A DNA stretch of 64,000 bases from Phycisphaerae bacterium (GTDB taxonomy: Bacteria > Planctomycetota > Phycisphaerae > UBA1845): NCBI GenBank assembly GCA_035344155.1, contig DAORAL010000005.1, positions 38,465 to 102,464 on the forward strand, read 5' to 3'. The position numbers and the translations under genes are program-made. Below, piece after piece: positions 28,748 through 39,567 of the stretch. The notes under the pieces are model-generated. The model was not told the origin of the DNA, did not search any database, and saw only the letters and a list, made by a program, of their open reading frames with translations. Within the stretch, counting starts at the first letter, position 1. The number at the start of each line of letters is the position of its first letter.

Positions 28748-30000
28748 GGCATCACTCTCTGATCACCCTCGGGACTCGTTCACGCCCTCCAAGGAATCTT
28801 GGACGAAGGAAATGCTGACCACTTGGCAGACGACCTTTCCCAATTCAGAAAACTGGGCGTTCGGAAAGGCCACGTGGCAAGTATCGTCACGGCAGCATGT
28901 GCATTCTCCCGGCTTCAAGTCGCGCAAGTGAAGCCTGCGCCCAACAATACATCATGCGTAATCTGTGCGTGCCCACCGCAAACATAAAAAGGGAAAAAGT
29001 TAAAGCGGACAACATTGCCGCCACAGCGCATTTCACGAGGGTGGACATCATGATGTGACAACTGCATAACGGTTTATGATCCCACTATGGCACCGGCCAT
29101 GCAAACCTTATTGAATACCTCGAAACTATTCTGCGGGCATATCCCCGCAATTGCGTCATGAGTATCGCACTGGGCGCCATTGGTCTGGAGGTCGTGTTGT
29201 CAGACACCTCATGCATCCGCGGCTCGAATCTCCACACAACAACTAGCCAGGCAGGATACACTTTGAAAGCCTGGCCGCGAATTGAAAGATCGTGTGATTG
29301 CAGGTCGACGCCTTCGTGCCGCAGGATGTCCATATGGCACACTCGCTTTGATATCAAGTGCTCAGAATCTGCGCTTGTTATTAAATAGCAAAGTCGGGCC
29401 AACGCAACCGGCATGGCGGATTCGAAAATCTCGCATGGTGGATTCTCATACAAGCAAAATTAGGTAATTGTACCAATAGGCGCATTCGGTTGGCTTCCGT
29501 TAGAATTCGCCGTACTGTGGCGGTCTACCGCTTGTCCGCTGCAGCGCTCAATGCTCAATACTGAGTTCTTGAGTCATATCACCCAGCTGGTCGGCAGGGA
29601 ATCGCATTCAGGGCATCAATTGATGCCGTCGCATTGTGTGGAACCTGGGGTTTATTGAACGCGGCTCTCAAGGCGTTCGGATTCGACAATTGCGCTCGTG
29701 CTGTATGGGCCACGCATAATACTGCTGAAGGCAGAAAAAGAAATAGGCAGGGCGTCGCAAATTCGCGTAGGCCGCCGTAAGTGCAGATGGGCTGAGGCAA
29801 TGTCAGTATGCAACAGCCATTAACGCTTGCTTGAACTGGGCTGCGAGTGTGACGTGGGCACGTCGAAAGTATGAGACACGTGTTTCGCGGTACGCGATGC
29901 TCGTTGGATTTCGGCATTTCTACCGGAGTCGTGCAAGTCTACTCTCTCCTCACGGGATGGAGGTGGGGAGTTTCCGGGCGCGTGCTTTACGCCCAATTTC

Positions 30001-30035
30001 GGCCAGGCCACTGGGTCCTCCTACTTGGCCTGGCC
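30001..30035. other. perfect 10-bp inverted repeat (hairpin) in a long non-coding region
   Basis: GGCCAGGCCA, a 15-nt loop, then TGGCCTGGCC. No flanking T-tract. Confidence 0.5.
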
Positions 30036-30291
30036 GTCTAAACGAAACTCGGGAGCGGTTGTGATGGTTCCTGAGATTGGCAGCAACAATAGATGTGCTT
30101 GCGTTAGATGGGCTTGTGTCTAAGGCCTAGGTTTTGATCGAGCTTTTCCAAGGAGGGTCGCTCGTTGTCTTTATTCAGCGACTTCAATCGCATGGCTCCG
30201 ATCGATCGGCCTCGATGAGGCTCACTTGACGAGGTCTTGCGGGGCTATGGACGCCTTGGCTGATGGTTAAGCCAAAGGTTCAGCCGGTGAA

Positions 30292-30371
30292 AGCAACAGC
30301 AGGATTGAGCAGCAGGCCAGAATAGCAGCAGGCCAGAGTAACAGCAGGAGTAATTAACAGTAAGAGCACGC
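30292..30371. repeat. five tandem, progressively degenerate 16-nt units (core AGCAGCAGG)
   Basis: Units: AGCAACAGCAGGATTG / AGCAGCAGGCCAGAAT / AGCAGCAGGCCAGAGT / AACAGCAGGAGTAATT / AACAGTAAGAGCACGC. Located ~480 nt upstream of the first island gene. Confidence 0.7.
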
Positions 30372-30848
30372 GACGGGAAAAATGCAGACCGGTCAGTCCG
30401 CATTGGATAGGTACGAGGCTGACCAGTCTGCGGGATTCGGGGTGTTATACCCCGTCAGTATTCTAGATTCTACGAATTCGTCGGCAGAATCGTCAAGGCC
30501 CAATGCCGATCGGACGGGGAATGTTTGCGCTGATTTCGGCGCCGCTCCTCGGCTGTGGCTGGTGCCTCCCCCGAATCCTTATCTTGATTGGTTCCACGAA
30601 GGTTTGTGTCTCGACCTATGTGCAGGTTTGTCGGCAGGCAAGCATGAGAATCGCTTGCGCGTTAAGCGTAAGGCAGTGTTCTCTAATTTTGTATGTCTGC
30701 TTGTGTGACAGGTCGTTGTCGTCGGATTTTCTCTCGGTAGTTGGCTCCGGCGATCGCTAAGCAAACCGCACGTTAAACGATGGGCAGACCACACTTTGGG
30801 CCATGGGTTCCAGAAAATGCACGACCGATAACAAACGCGAGGTACAAA

Positions 30849-33800
30849 ATGACATTCATCAGGGGCGGAAAAAGCACAATTACTGCACTCACTCTCTGCG
30901 CAGCGTTTCTTATGACGGTGCAATGGTCGGTGGTCTTGGGGCAGTCCAATTCGGACTCATCAGTTGTCGGTTCGGAGGGTGGGGCGGGGCAGCCGGCTGG
31001 ATCTGCGAACAACGGATTCCTGGTTGGCCAGCACAACGCTGATTCAACGATAGTGACGGCTGGCGCTGTCAATGTTTTGGAATTCAAGTTGGCATCGGGT
31101 TCCGATTGCGTCAAGCCAGGCGAAACGGTCACGGTCGAACTTCATCAGCGAAACCTCAGTGAGCCTGCCCGAGGGTATCAGTCGTTTGCTTCGTATGACA
31201 GTGCGATGATGACAAATCTCTCGCAGACATTAGCGCCATCGCCATACATGCGATCCCTGCTGAATTCCGTTGTGGGAGATGATATTGATGCAGCGGCTGG
31301 TATTGATGAGGCGTCACAATCACCGACGGACGCCGATGCACTGCTGGCGACATTGACGTTTACTGCCGGCGGGACTGACGGGGTGACGTCGGTTGAGTTC
31401 CGTACTCACTCGCCGCCGACTCGGTTTTCTGATGTCGATGGTATGGAACTGACGCCCTACCTGATCGCCTCACCTCCGATCGTCATTGACGGGACTGATC
31501 CCGTCATCACATTCTGTCCTCCCGACGTTACCATTGAATGCGACGAATCGACCGACCCTTCCAACACGGGCGAGGCGACCGCAACCGACAATCTCGATCC
31601 GAATCCTTCTGTGACTTATTCCGATAGTGCGGTCGCGGGGATTTGTGCGCAGGAATCTGTTATTACCCGAACATGGACCGTCTCGGATTGCGCCGGAAAC
31701 GAAACAACCTGTGAGCAGGTGATTACCGTTGACGATTCCAGCGCACCGACCGGGACGCAGGGGACGATCGACAGCTGCTATGCGACAGCCCTCGATGCGG
31801 AGGCGGCTGCCATCGCGGCGACGACCGACCTTGCCGACAACTGTACAGCCACCGGTTCGCTGTTGGTCAGTGCAGTGACGGCTGGGACTTGCGATACAAC
31901 GGTCACCGTGACGGTGGCTGACCTCTGCGGTAATTCAACCGATTTCGTCTACAACACACGAATTGATTCGACGCCACCAGCAATTACCTGTCCGGCGCCT
32001 CCGCCGCAGGGCTTGATCATTAGCGAGATCATGGACGGAACCTGGCCAGCAGGCTTACCCAAGTTTGTCGAGCTGACCAATTGCAGTTCCGCCCCAGTCG
32101 ATCTGTCCAGCTACAGCCTGGGCAACATCAACAACGGGTTCTCCACATTGGGATTTGACGCATTGGTACTTTCGGGAATCGTTGCGTCGGGTGATTCGTT
32201 TGTCGTGTCGTACGAAGCCGGCGACTCTCCGGGGCATGGAACCTTTTACGACGTCTACGGATTCGATCCGGATGATTTCTCGCAAGGCGCCTTCATCAAT
32301 GGAAACGATGCGCTGGCACTCTTTTCCGGCGCGGCGTTATCGGGCGACCCGGTTGACGGTAGCGGTGCACCTGTTGTTGATCTTTACGGTGTTGTGGGTG
32401 TTGATGGCGTTGGAGAGGTGTGGGACTACACCGATGGCTTCTCGTTCCGCAGGTCTTATGTGGTCGGTGGGAACGGTGGAAGTTTTAGCCCGTTGGAGTG
32501 GCAGTTTGGCGGTGCTGAATCGCTGGTCGGCAGCAATGACCTCGACGAACTGGCGTTGATGCTCGCCAACACGACCCCGGGTGTGCATGCATGTAGCGGT
32601 GGTGAAGTTGTGGTGTCCACCGATCCCGGAACCTGCGAAGCCGAAGTGACCTTGACGGTTTCGGCGACGGATGATTGTGACGGCGTTCTGCCGGTGGCGT
32701 ACGAAGCCGACTTTGGAAGCGGCTATGTTTCAATAAGCAATCCGTACTCCTTCCCTGTGGGAACTTGGCCGGTCAAAGCGTCGGCCATTGACACCTGCAA
32801 TAACGTGGGTTCCTGCGAATTTTCGGTGACGGTCTTGGATGACGAACCACCGACGGCTACGCAGGGCACCATCAACGATTGTTACGAGACATTCGCTGAA
32901 GCCGAGAGTGCTGCAATCTCCGCGACGACCGACTTGGCCGACAATTGCACGACATCTGGGTTCACGGTGACGGCATCAACGGTTGGAGATTGCAATGCAA
33001 CAGTGACGGTCAGTGTGGCCGACGAAGCCGGAAACGTCACGACGTTCGACTACTTCACGACGGTGGATGGAACGCCTCCGGACATCGCTTGCCCAGCATT
33101 CTCTGTTGGTGGATTCATCATCAGTGAAGTGATTGACGGCACACTCTCAGGCGGGATACCCAAGTTCGTGGAGTTAACGAACTGCACACCGAACACGATC
33201 GATTTGTCTGAATACCGAGTCGCGCTCTATTCCAATGGCGGCCTTACTGAAAGTTCGTCGAGTCTCGCTTACGGTGAGTTGACCGGACTGCTGCCTTCGG
33301 GGGCGTCTTTCGTGATCGCCAATTCCAATAGCGGACCCGGCACTGATTTCCTGGGAATCTACGGCTTTGAAGCAGATTTCTATGACGCAGTTCCCAACAG
33401 CAACGGAGACGACCTTTATCAGCTCTTGAAAGACAATGGGGTGGGCGGTGACATCGTTATCGATGCCCATGGTGTCCTTGGGGTAGATGGTACTGGGGAA
33501 GCTTGGGAGTATCTCGACAGCTACGCATATTCGCTCCCGGGTCGAACGGCGAATGGTGGTGCGTTCAATCCAGCCAACTGGTTCCATGCCGGCGTTGACG
33601 CGCTGGACGGGGCTGGTGCGGCTGGCATTTCTGCGGTGACTACTCCTGGAACGCACACCTGTGCGAGTTCGCTGATCACAAATGCTGATCCGGGGAATTG
33701 CGACGCATTGGTTACTTTTGCCACACCAACTGCGACTGACAATTGTGATCCGGCGCCGACGGTGGACTGCGATCATCTCAGTGGCGAGGTTTTCCCGGTT

Positions 33801-34697
33801 GGTACGACGACCGTCACATGCATGGCCACCGACGAATGTGGCAACACATCCACATGCGAGTTCGACATTGTGGTCAATCCGCTCAACGACTTGGCCGTCA
33901 CGGTCGAACTGCAGCCGAACATCGACACCGGACTTTCTCTGCCCGATACGCTGACGCGGTGCATCACATTCGAGTTGTGGGAATGCGGTGGTCCAAGCTC
34001 GGTGACGGTGAGTGAAGAGATTGAATTCACCATCACGAACAGTGGATTGCCCGGCGATCCCAATATGGCGGTTGGCTCGGCGTTGATCGAGGTTCCGTGT
34101 GGGGCATACTCCTGCATCACTGCCCGCGACCCGCTTCACACGCTTCGTCGCACCGATGAGTCCTTCGGCATCATCGGCAGTCAATATGTCGCTGACTTCA
34201 CCGGTGACGCGAGTGCCGGTGGCGACTGGTTGGTTGGAGGAAATCTCAACGACGACTTCTTTATCGATATTCTCGACTTTGGTGCCTATTCGTTCGAGTT
34301 TGGAAGCATCTACGGAAGTCCCTTCACGGGCGACACCGATTGTCTGACGCCGGCGCCCCATGCTGATATCAGCGGCGACGGTATCGTCGACAACTTCGAC
34401 TTCTCGTTCATCCAAGGAAACTTCCTCGATACGCATGAAGCGAATTGTTGCGGCGATCCAGGTCGACAAGCATCAGGTGACGACGGTCCAGTAACAGAGA
34501 TCACCATTCGCGAATTGCGCCGACGTGGTCTCGGTCACTACGCCATCGCCGACCTCAACAATGACGGCAGCCTCAACTATGAAGACATCGAGGCCTTCGC
34601 CAATGGCGCCCGACCCAAGCCGAAGAAAAGTTTGTCGCCGGACCACAAGGATGAACTGAGGCCGCAAAGCCAAGATCAATCTAGTCCCGAACGCTAA
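30849..34697 (+). CDS. giant secreted protein P1 (~1282 aa): cohesin-like module, HYR-like Ig repeats, two lamin-tail (LTD) domains, C-terminal Ca-loop/dockerin-like module
   Basis: GAGG lies 6 nt before ATG 30849; signal peptide MTFIRGGKSTITALTLCAAFLMTVQWSVVLG. Cohesin-like LEFKLASGSDCVKPGETVTVELHQ. HYR-like [29 protein letters not shown]...ITRTWTVSDCAGNETTCEQVITV. LTD LIISEIMDGTWPAGLPKFVELTNCSSAPVDLSSY and FIISEVIDGTLSGGIPKFVELTNCTPNTIDLSEY. Tail [22 protein letters not shown]...DLNNDGSLNYEDIEAFANG. Confidence 0.8.
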   Translation: MTFIRGGKSTITALTLCAAFLMTVQWSVVLGQSNSDSSVVGSEGGAGQPAGSANNGFLVGQHNADSTIVTAGAVNVLEFKLASGSDCVKPGETVTVELHQRNLSEPARGYQSFASYDSAMMTNLSQTLAPSPYMRSLLNSVVGDDIDAAAGIDEASQSPTDADALLATLTFTAGGTDGVTSVEFRTHSPPTRFSDVDGMELTPYLIASPPIVIDGTDPVITFCPPDVTIECDESTDPSNTGEATATDNLDPNPSVTYSDSAVAGICAQESVITRTWTVSDCAGNETTCEQVITVDDSSAPTGTQGTIDSCYATALDAEAAAIAATTDLADNCTATGSLLVSAVTAGTCDTTVTVTVADLCGNSTDFVYNTRIDSTPPAITCPAPPPQGLIISEIMDGTWPAGLPKFVELTNCSSAPVDLSSYSLGNINNGFSTLGFDALVLSGIVASGDSFVVSYEAGDSPGHGTFYDVYGFDPDDFSQGAFINGNDALALFSGAALSGDPVDGSGAPVVDLYGVVGVDGVGEVWDYTDGFSFRRSYVVGGNGGSFSPLEWQFGGAESLVGSNDLDELALMLANTTPGVHACSGGEVVVSTDPGTCEAEVTLTVSATDDCDGVLPVAYEADFGSGYVSISNPYSFPVGTWPVKASAIDTCNNVGSCEFSVTVLDDEPPTATQGTINDCYETFAEAESAAISATTDLADNCTTSGFTVTASTVGDCNATVTVSVADEAGNVTTFDYFTTVDGTPPDIACPAFSVGGFIISEVIDGTLSGGIPKFVELTNCTPNTIDLSEYRVALYSNGGLTESSSSLAYGELTGLLPSGASFVIANSNSGPGTDFLGIYGFEADFYDAVPNSNGDDLYQLLKDNGVGGDIVIDAHGVLGVDGTGEAWEYLDSYAYSLPGRTANGGAFNPANWFHAGVDALDGAGAAGISAVTTPGTHTCASSLITNADPGNCDALVTFATPTATDNCDPAPTVDCDHLSGEVFPVGTTTVTCMATDECGNTSTCEFDIVVNPLNDLAVTVELQPNIDTGLSLPDTLTRCITFELWECGGPSSVTVSEEIEFTITNSGLPGDPNMAVGSALIEVPCGAYSCITARDPLHTLRRTDESFGIIGSQYVADFTGDASAGGDWLVGGNLNDDFFIDILDFGAYSFEFGSIYGSPFTGDTDCLTPAPHADISGDGIVDNFDFSFIQGNFLDTHEANCCGDPGRQASGDDGPVTEITIRELRRRGLGHYAIADLNNDGSLNYEDIEAFANGARPKPKKSLSPDHKDELRPQSQDQSSPER

Positions 34698-34802
34698 GCA
34701 CGAATATCAGTCTTGAATCCTCAAGATCGAGAATTGGCTTGAGGATAGGAAAACAAAGTTGGCCAGATGCTTGATGCTTTGGCCGAAGAACGGAGGAAGC
34801 AA

Positions 34803-37800
34803 ATGCTTTTCAGAATAAACAACGTCGTATTTGCCAGTGTATTGGCGACTTTTCTTGTCGGCGATACTGCATTGGCAGGGAATAGACCGGCGGGCGTCAT
34901 TCCATTTGAAGGGCGTCCCGATGTCATCGACACGTCTCATGCCTCAATTGCATCAGGGCTGCGGGGTGTCGGGCCAGGAATCCAGGCGGGCGCCGACCAT
35001 ATCGCATCGCAACAGTGCCCCGTCGGGGGGTTCTGCTGGCCACACGGGAACGCGTGCTGTCCCACCGCACCGACCAACATCACCGGCCCCATTGGGCTGG
35101 CATTGTTGCACGCACACACATATACCTCGGACCCGGCGCACCTTGCGGCCGCAGCGATAGGTGGCGACTACGATCTCACGGTACAGTATCCGAATACGGA
35201 GTTTCGTTTGGGCGCGTTCACTGCGTATTTCCTTTGGCAGCTTTCGATCTCGACAGGCGACACCCAGTATCAAGATCATGCTGCAACGGCTTTTTATGAT
35301 GAACTTGCGGCCGGTACATACGGGCCGAGCGACTATGATACGCTCGGTTGGATTGGTGCGGTCGAAGCTTCTCGGACTGGCACGTGGGTCAATCTTCGCC
35401 CTTGGGAATTCCACAATCAGATTCCTGCTGCGGCTGCCTTGGGCAATCCCGGACAAAGCGCGGCTTTTGAAGCCGCCTGCCTGGCTGGACTGAACACGCT
35501 GGATAACACTGACCCGTCATCCGTCTACTCCGACCTAATTGGTGTAGCAGGAGGGGTTCGTGGCCTCGCCTTCGCTGGCACCACCAGCTTCGCTGCAATC
35601 TCTGCCCCAAACCACGCGGGAGTGAATGGTCTTTCTTCGTTGCAGGCACTGGCCGACTATTTGGCGAGTCAACAAAATGCAGATGGATCGTGGAACTGGC
35701 ATTCGGATCTTTCAACCCTCGGCGGTGCGACTGAAACCGACAAAGACACGCAAACGACGGCATATGCCGTTTTGGCGTTGCTGGAGGCAGACGCACTCGT
35801 GGCCTCGGATTACTCGGCGAACATCGAAAACGGTCGAAACTGGCTGCGCACGATGCAATTGCTTGACGGTGGGTTCATGAGCTACCCAGGTGGAGCAGAA
35901 AATACAGAAGTCGAAGCCGAGGCATTGAATGCACTTGCTCCAGATTCATGCACACAAGACAGACTGGAATTCCAATTGGCAAGTGGATCCGAATGCGTGC
36001 AGCCCACCGAAACGGTTGAAGTCGAACTCCACCAGCTCAATTTGTCCGGTCCTGTTCGTGGATACCAGGCATTCGCTCAGTTTGATAGTTCGGTAATGAC
36101 GCATGTTTCCAATGTGTTCACGAGCTCGCCATACTTTTTCATCCTGGAAGATTCTGTGAGCGGAGATGAACTGAATCTTGCAGGCGGAATCGACGACAGC
36201 TTTCAATCGACGACATCTGCAGACGCACTGCTTGCTACCATTTCATTTAGTGCTGGAGCGATTGAAGGGCCGACGACCGTCAGTTTTCGAGCGACTTCAA
36301 TCCCTACTCCCCCATCAAGATTTTCAGATCCGTTTGGTGCGGAAGTTACGCCGTGCCTCGTTCAGTCGCCCACGATCGTGGTTGATGGAACGGCTCCGGT
36401 TATCACTTGCCCAGGTGATTTGACGATCGAGTGCGACGAATCGACCGATCCATCGAACACGGGGTCGGCGACAGCGACCGACAATCTCGATCCCAGCCCA
36501 TTCGTCGACTACAGCGACGTCGTTACGCCAACTGGTTGCGACGAAGAATGGACGATCACGCGCACCTGGACCGCAATCGACTGTGCTGGAAATGAGTCGA
36601 TGTGTGTGCAGACAATTACCGTCGAGGATTCGACGCCACCGGCCGTATACTGCCCGGCAGACACGACGATTGAGTGTGATGAATCAACCGACCCATCCAA
36701 CACTGGGGTGCCAATTGGCTACTTCCAGGGCTTCGAAGATCCTGGCTTCGTCAGCAACACAGAAGCCGACTGGAACGATTACGACAGCGTGGTTTCGCGC
36801 GTCGCTTCCGGGACGGATGGAATCACCTCGAAATCGGGCGGATTCCATGCGGTCGTCGATTCAACTTTGCCGCCCGCGACCACCGGTGCGTTTACGAGAA
36901 TCGGCGGTTACGATTCGACATACGGCACCGGGTTCACCGTTTCGCTTGATCTCTACATGGATTTGTCCGATCCGGCTGTTGTAGCGGATACGTATGGATG
37001 GGATCTTTCGACTGCCGCAAACAATCAGTCAGGCACGCATCTCCAGGATTTCATCTTCCACACTGCATCCGATGCATCCGGAAACATTCTGGTTGGTGGG
37101 AGCAACAACTCCAATTTCACTCGCCGCAACGATATTGCGTCGCTCAACCATCACACAATATCGTCAACGGGCTGGTATACTTTTGAGTGGGTATTCCGTG
37201 ACTTTGGTGACGGAACGTTGGCAGTCGACCTTAATCTCCGCGATGCAGGTGGAAGTTTGCTGTGGACCGAAACGCGCCACGATGCGGGCAACATAATTGC
37301 CACAGTGGTTGGCGGCCATCGTTACATGTGGTTCACATTCCTGGAGGTCGATACGTTGGCAATCGACAACACCACCGTTCTAAATGGGGACCAGGCGACT
37401 GACAACTGTGATACGACTCCAGTTGTTACGCATAGCGACTCTACCGCTCTCGGTAGTTGTCCCCAGAACTCGGTAATCACTCGTACTTGGACAGCGACCG
37501 ATTGTGCCGGCAACATGAGCAGTTGCGATCAGACCATTAATCTGGTCGATACGACCGCACCCGTCATTGGCGCTTGTCCGGCTGACATTACCGTCAACGC
37601 AGATGCGGGAGACTGCGATGCGGTCGTGACATTCACGCCGCCAACGGCGACCGACAACTGCGATGGCGCACCGACGGTGGTTTGTGACTGGCCCAGCGGG
37701 TCGACGTTCCCATCGGGAACCACGTTGGTCACATGCACGGCCACGGATGGTTGCAGCAACTCGTCGGCTTGCGACTTCAACGTAACGGTTAATTCGTCCA

Positions 37801-38555
37801 ACGACTTGACGGTGGCAGTTGAACTCGATCCGGCTGGGTCGATGCCAGCTTCCATGACGCGGTGCATCACATTTGAATTGTGGGAATGCCCGGGTGGAGC
37901 GCCGGCAGCGACAGTAACCGCTGATATGGTGTTCTTGAACGGTCTTGCTTCCGACACGATCGATATTCCGTGCGGAAATTACACCTGCATCACTGCCCGC
38001 GATGAATTGCACACGCTGCGGCGGACCGACCTGGATGACTTTGGCATCTCAGGGACCGAGTACGTGGCCGACTTTACCGCGAACGGCGCAACCGATGACG
38101 ACTCGCTCATTGGCGGAAACCTGAACGACGATTTCTTCATCGACATTCTGGACTTCGGCACGTTCTCGGCTCAGTGGTCGACAACACCGTCACCTGACAC
38201 GCCATGTCCGGTTGGCGGTGCCCATGCCGACATCAACGGTGATGCGATTGTCGACAACTTCGACTTCTCGTTCATCCAAAACAACTTCCTTGAGACTCAC
38301 GAAGCAAACTGCTGCGGCGCGCTTAATCGTGAGGCGGGTGAATTCGATGGTCCTGTGACCGATATTTCGATCGCGGAACTTCGACGTCGCGGATTGGGTC
38401 ATCTCGCAGTGAGCGATTTGAACCACGACGGTCGGTTGAACATGGACGATGTGGTCGAGTTTGCAAATGGAGCACGGCCCCAGAAGCTACAACCGGATCA
38501 TGTTGATCTTAAAGACGCCCAGCCGCAAAGCGTTATCCGGCGTCCGGATCGGTAG
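34803..38555 (+). CDS. giant secreted protein P2 (~1250 aa): prenyltransferase/terpene-cyclase-like alpha/alpha repeats, cohesin-like module, HYR-like repeats, unassigned middle domain, C-terminal module paralogous to P1
   Basis: GGAGGA lies 5 nt before ATG 34803; signal peptide [25 protein letters not shown]. Repeats [40 protein letters not shown]. Cohesin-like [27 protein letters not shown]-like [29 protein letters not shown]. Tail [22 protein letters not shown]...[19 protein letters not shown]. Confidence 0.8.
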   Translation: MLFRINNVVFASVLATFLVGDTALAGNRPAGVIPFEGRPDVIDTSHASIASGLRGVGPGIQAGADHIASQQCPVGGFCWPHGNACCPTAPTNITGPIGLALLHAHTYTSDPAHLAAAAIGGDYDLTVQYPNTEFRLGAFTAYFLWQLSISTGDTQYQDHAATAFYDELAAGTYGPSDYDTLGWIGAVEASRTGTWVNLRPWEFHNQIPAAAALGNPGQSAAFEAACLAGLNTLDNTDPSSVYSDLIGVAGGVRGLAFAGTTSFAAISAPNHAGVNGLSSLQALADYLASQQNADGSWNWHSDLSTLGGATETDKDTQTTAYAVLALLEADALVASDYSANIENGRNWLRTMQLLDGGFMSYPGGAENTEVEAEALNALAPDSCTQDRLEFQLASGSECVQPTETVEVELHQLNLSGPVRGYQAFAQFDSSVMTHVSNVFTSSPYFFILEDSVSGDELNLAGGIDDSFQSTTSADALLATISFSAGAIEGPTTVSFRATSIPTPPSRFSDPFGAEVTPCLVQSPTIVVDGTAPVITCPGDLTIECDESTDPSNTGSATATDNLDPSPFVDYSDVVTPTGCDEEWTITRTWTAIDCAGNESMCVQTITVEDSTPPAVYCPADTTIECDESTDPSNTGVPIGYFQGFEDPGFVSNTEADWNDYDSVVSRVASGTDGITSKSGGFHAVVDSTLPPATTGAFTRIGGYDSTYGTGFTVSLDLYMDLSDPAVVADTYGWDLSTAANNQSGTHLQDFIFHTASDASGNILVGGSNNSNFTRRNDIASLNHHTISSTGWYTFEWVFRDFGDGTLAVDLNLRDAGGSLLWTETRHDAGNIIATVVGGHRYMWFTFLEVDTLAIDNTTVLNGDQATDNCDTTPVVTHSDSTALGSCPQNSVITRTWTATDCAGNMSSCDQTINLVDTTAPVIGACPADITVNADAGDCDAVVTFTPPTATDNCDGAPTVVCDWPSGSTFPSGTTLVTCTATDGCSNSSACDFNVTVNSSNDLTVAVELDPAGSMPASMTRCITFELWECPGGAPAATVTADMVFLNGLASDTIDIPCGNYTCITARDELHTLRRTDLDDFGISGTEYVADFTANGATDDDSLIGGNLNDDFFIDILDFGTFSAQWSTTPSPDTPCPVGGAHADINGDAIVDNFDFSFIQNNFLETHEANCCGALNREAGEFDGPVTDISIAELRRRGLGHLAVSDLNHDGRLNMDDVVEFANGARPQKLQPDHVDLKDAQPQSVIRRPDR

Positions 38556-38610
38556 CATCTGGAATCAAAGGGCGAGTTAGCTCTTCGTTCCCTTACCACG
38601 AGCTAGGGGT

Positions 38611-38644
38611 GGCGTGCGACCTGATTGACGCAGCGTCGCACGCC
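38611..38644 (+). terminator. stem-loop downstream of P2 (possible intrinsic terminator/attenuator; no U-tract)
   Basis: GGCGTGCGAC, a 14-nt loop, then GTCGCACGCC, 56 nt after the P2 stop. Confidence 0.3.
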
Positions 38645-38781
38645 GCCCTGTAGCCATTGCGGAGAGTTCAGGCATTTTGAAACTGGAAGTTGAATTGTCG
38701 GATTTGACCTGTGGATTCATGAAACAATAAAGCACAAACAATTGACTGAGGGAGAGTGGGAGACTCGAAAGGAGCCATCAT

Positions 38782-39396
38782 ATGGTGAGCAATAAACCTC
38801 AGTTAACGATTGTTGTCATTGCAGGCTTGTTTGGTTTGTCGGTCGCAAGTGCGAGCGGTGGTCCGATCAGCCTGGAGTGGCGGCCGGCGTCTCAGTCTGT
38901 TGTTGTTGGCGATACGATCAACATCGGACTCTACGCGGTCTCTGACGATAGCGTGGACGATGAAATCTCGGTGATGGATGTCATTCTTGAGTGGGACCCA
39001 TCGTTCATGAGCCTTCAAGGGCTCGACAACAATGGCCCATACAACTGGCTTTCGTCATCGTTTCCAGCCACAGCGATCGGTGGGTTGAACCCGGATTATT
39101 CCGATGGCGACGCGACTTATACTGCTCGGAGCCAGTTCATACCCCCGTCGGCTATTGCGACGCCCGGTGGATTGCTGGTGACGACGGTTCAGTTTCTCGC
39201 GCTTGCCGAAACGCCAGGGACGATGCTCACTATTCCCGAGTCAAAGGGCTTGGCTGAGACTTCAGTGATTGGCGACATCCCAGGATTCGACGTCCATAGT
39301 TCGCTGGGAAGCGCCATGGTGACGATTACTCCCGAACCGGCATCGTTCATGTTGTTGCTTGCAGGTGCAACAATGGTGATTCGTCGCAGGGCTTAG
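38782..39396 (+). CDS. P3: secreted cohesin-like single-domain protein with PEP-CTERM sorting signal (204 aa)
   Basis: AGGAG lies 7 nt upstream; signal peptide LTIVVIAGLFGLSVASA. Cohesin-like ISLEWRPASQSVVVGDTINIGLYAVS...VMDVILEWDPSFMSLQG. C-terminus TPEPASFMLLLAGATMVIRRRA. Confidence 0.8.
   Translation: MVSNKPQLTIVVIAGLFGLSVASASGGPISLEWRPASQSVVVGDTINIGLYAVSDDSVDDEISVMDVILEWDPSFMSLQGLDNNGPYNWLSSSFPATAIGGLNPDYSDGDATYTARSQFIPPSAIATPGGLLVTTVQFLALAETPGTMLTIPESKGLAETSVIGDIPGFDVHSSLGSAMVTITPEPASFMLLLAGATMVIRRRA
39328..39393 (+). other. PEP-CTERM motif (PEP + TM helix + Arg cluster) at the C-terminus of P3
   Basis: T-PEP-ASFMLLLAGATMVI-RRRA is the last 22 codons of the ORF. Confidence 0.75.
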
Positions 39397-39567
39397 CCGG
39401 ACCAGTGCCCGCACGTGCGCGGGGCCAATATCTTGATAGGTGATCTTGCCAAATGCCCTCGGCTGACAAAGCCTTGTGGCACGCGGGCGTGTGTTACCAG
39501 ATTGCAAGCGACTGGATATATCGCTTTCTGATCCTGAAATCAGAGTTATGGAGTGGGGCGGGATAGA

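Noticed and set aside
29085-29453. 122-aa minus-strand ORF inside the 2.1 kb gap.
   Set aside because: No SD, no motif, odd composition, and no neighbouring gene context. Treated as non-coding or a decayed remnant.
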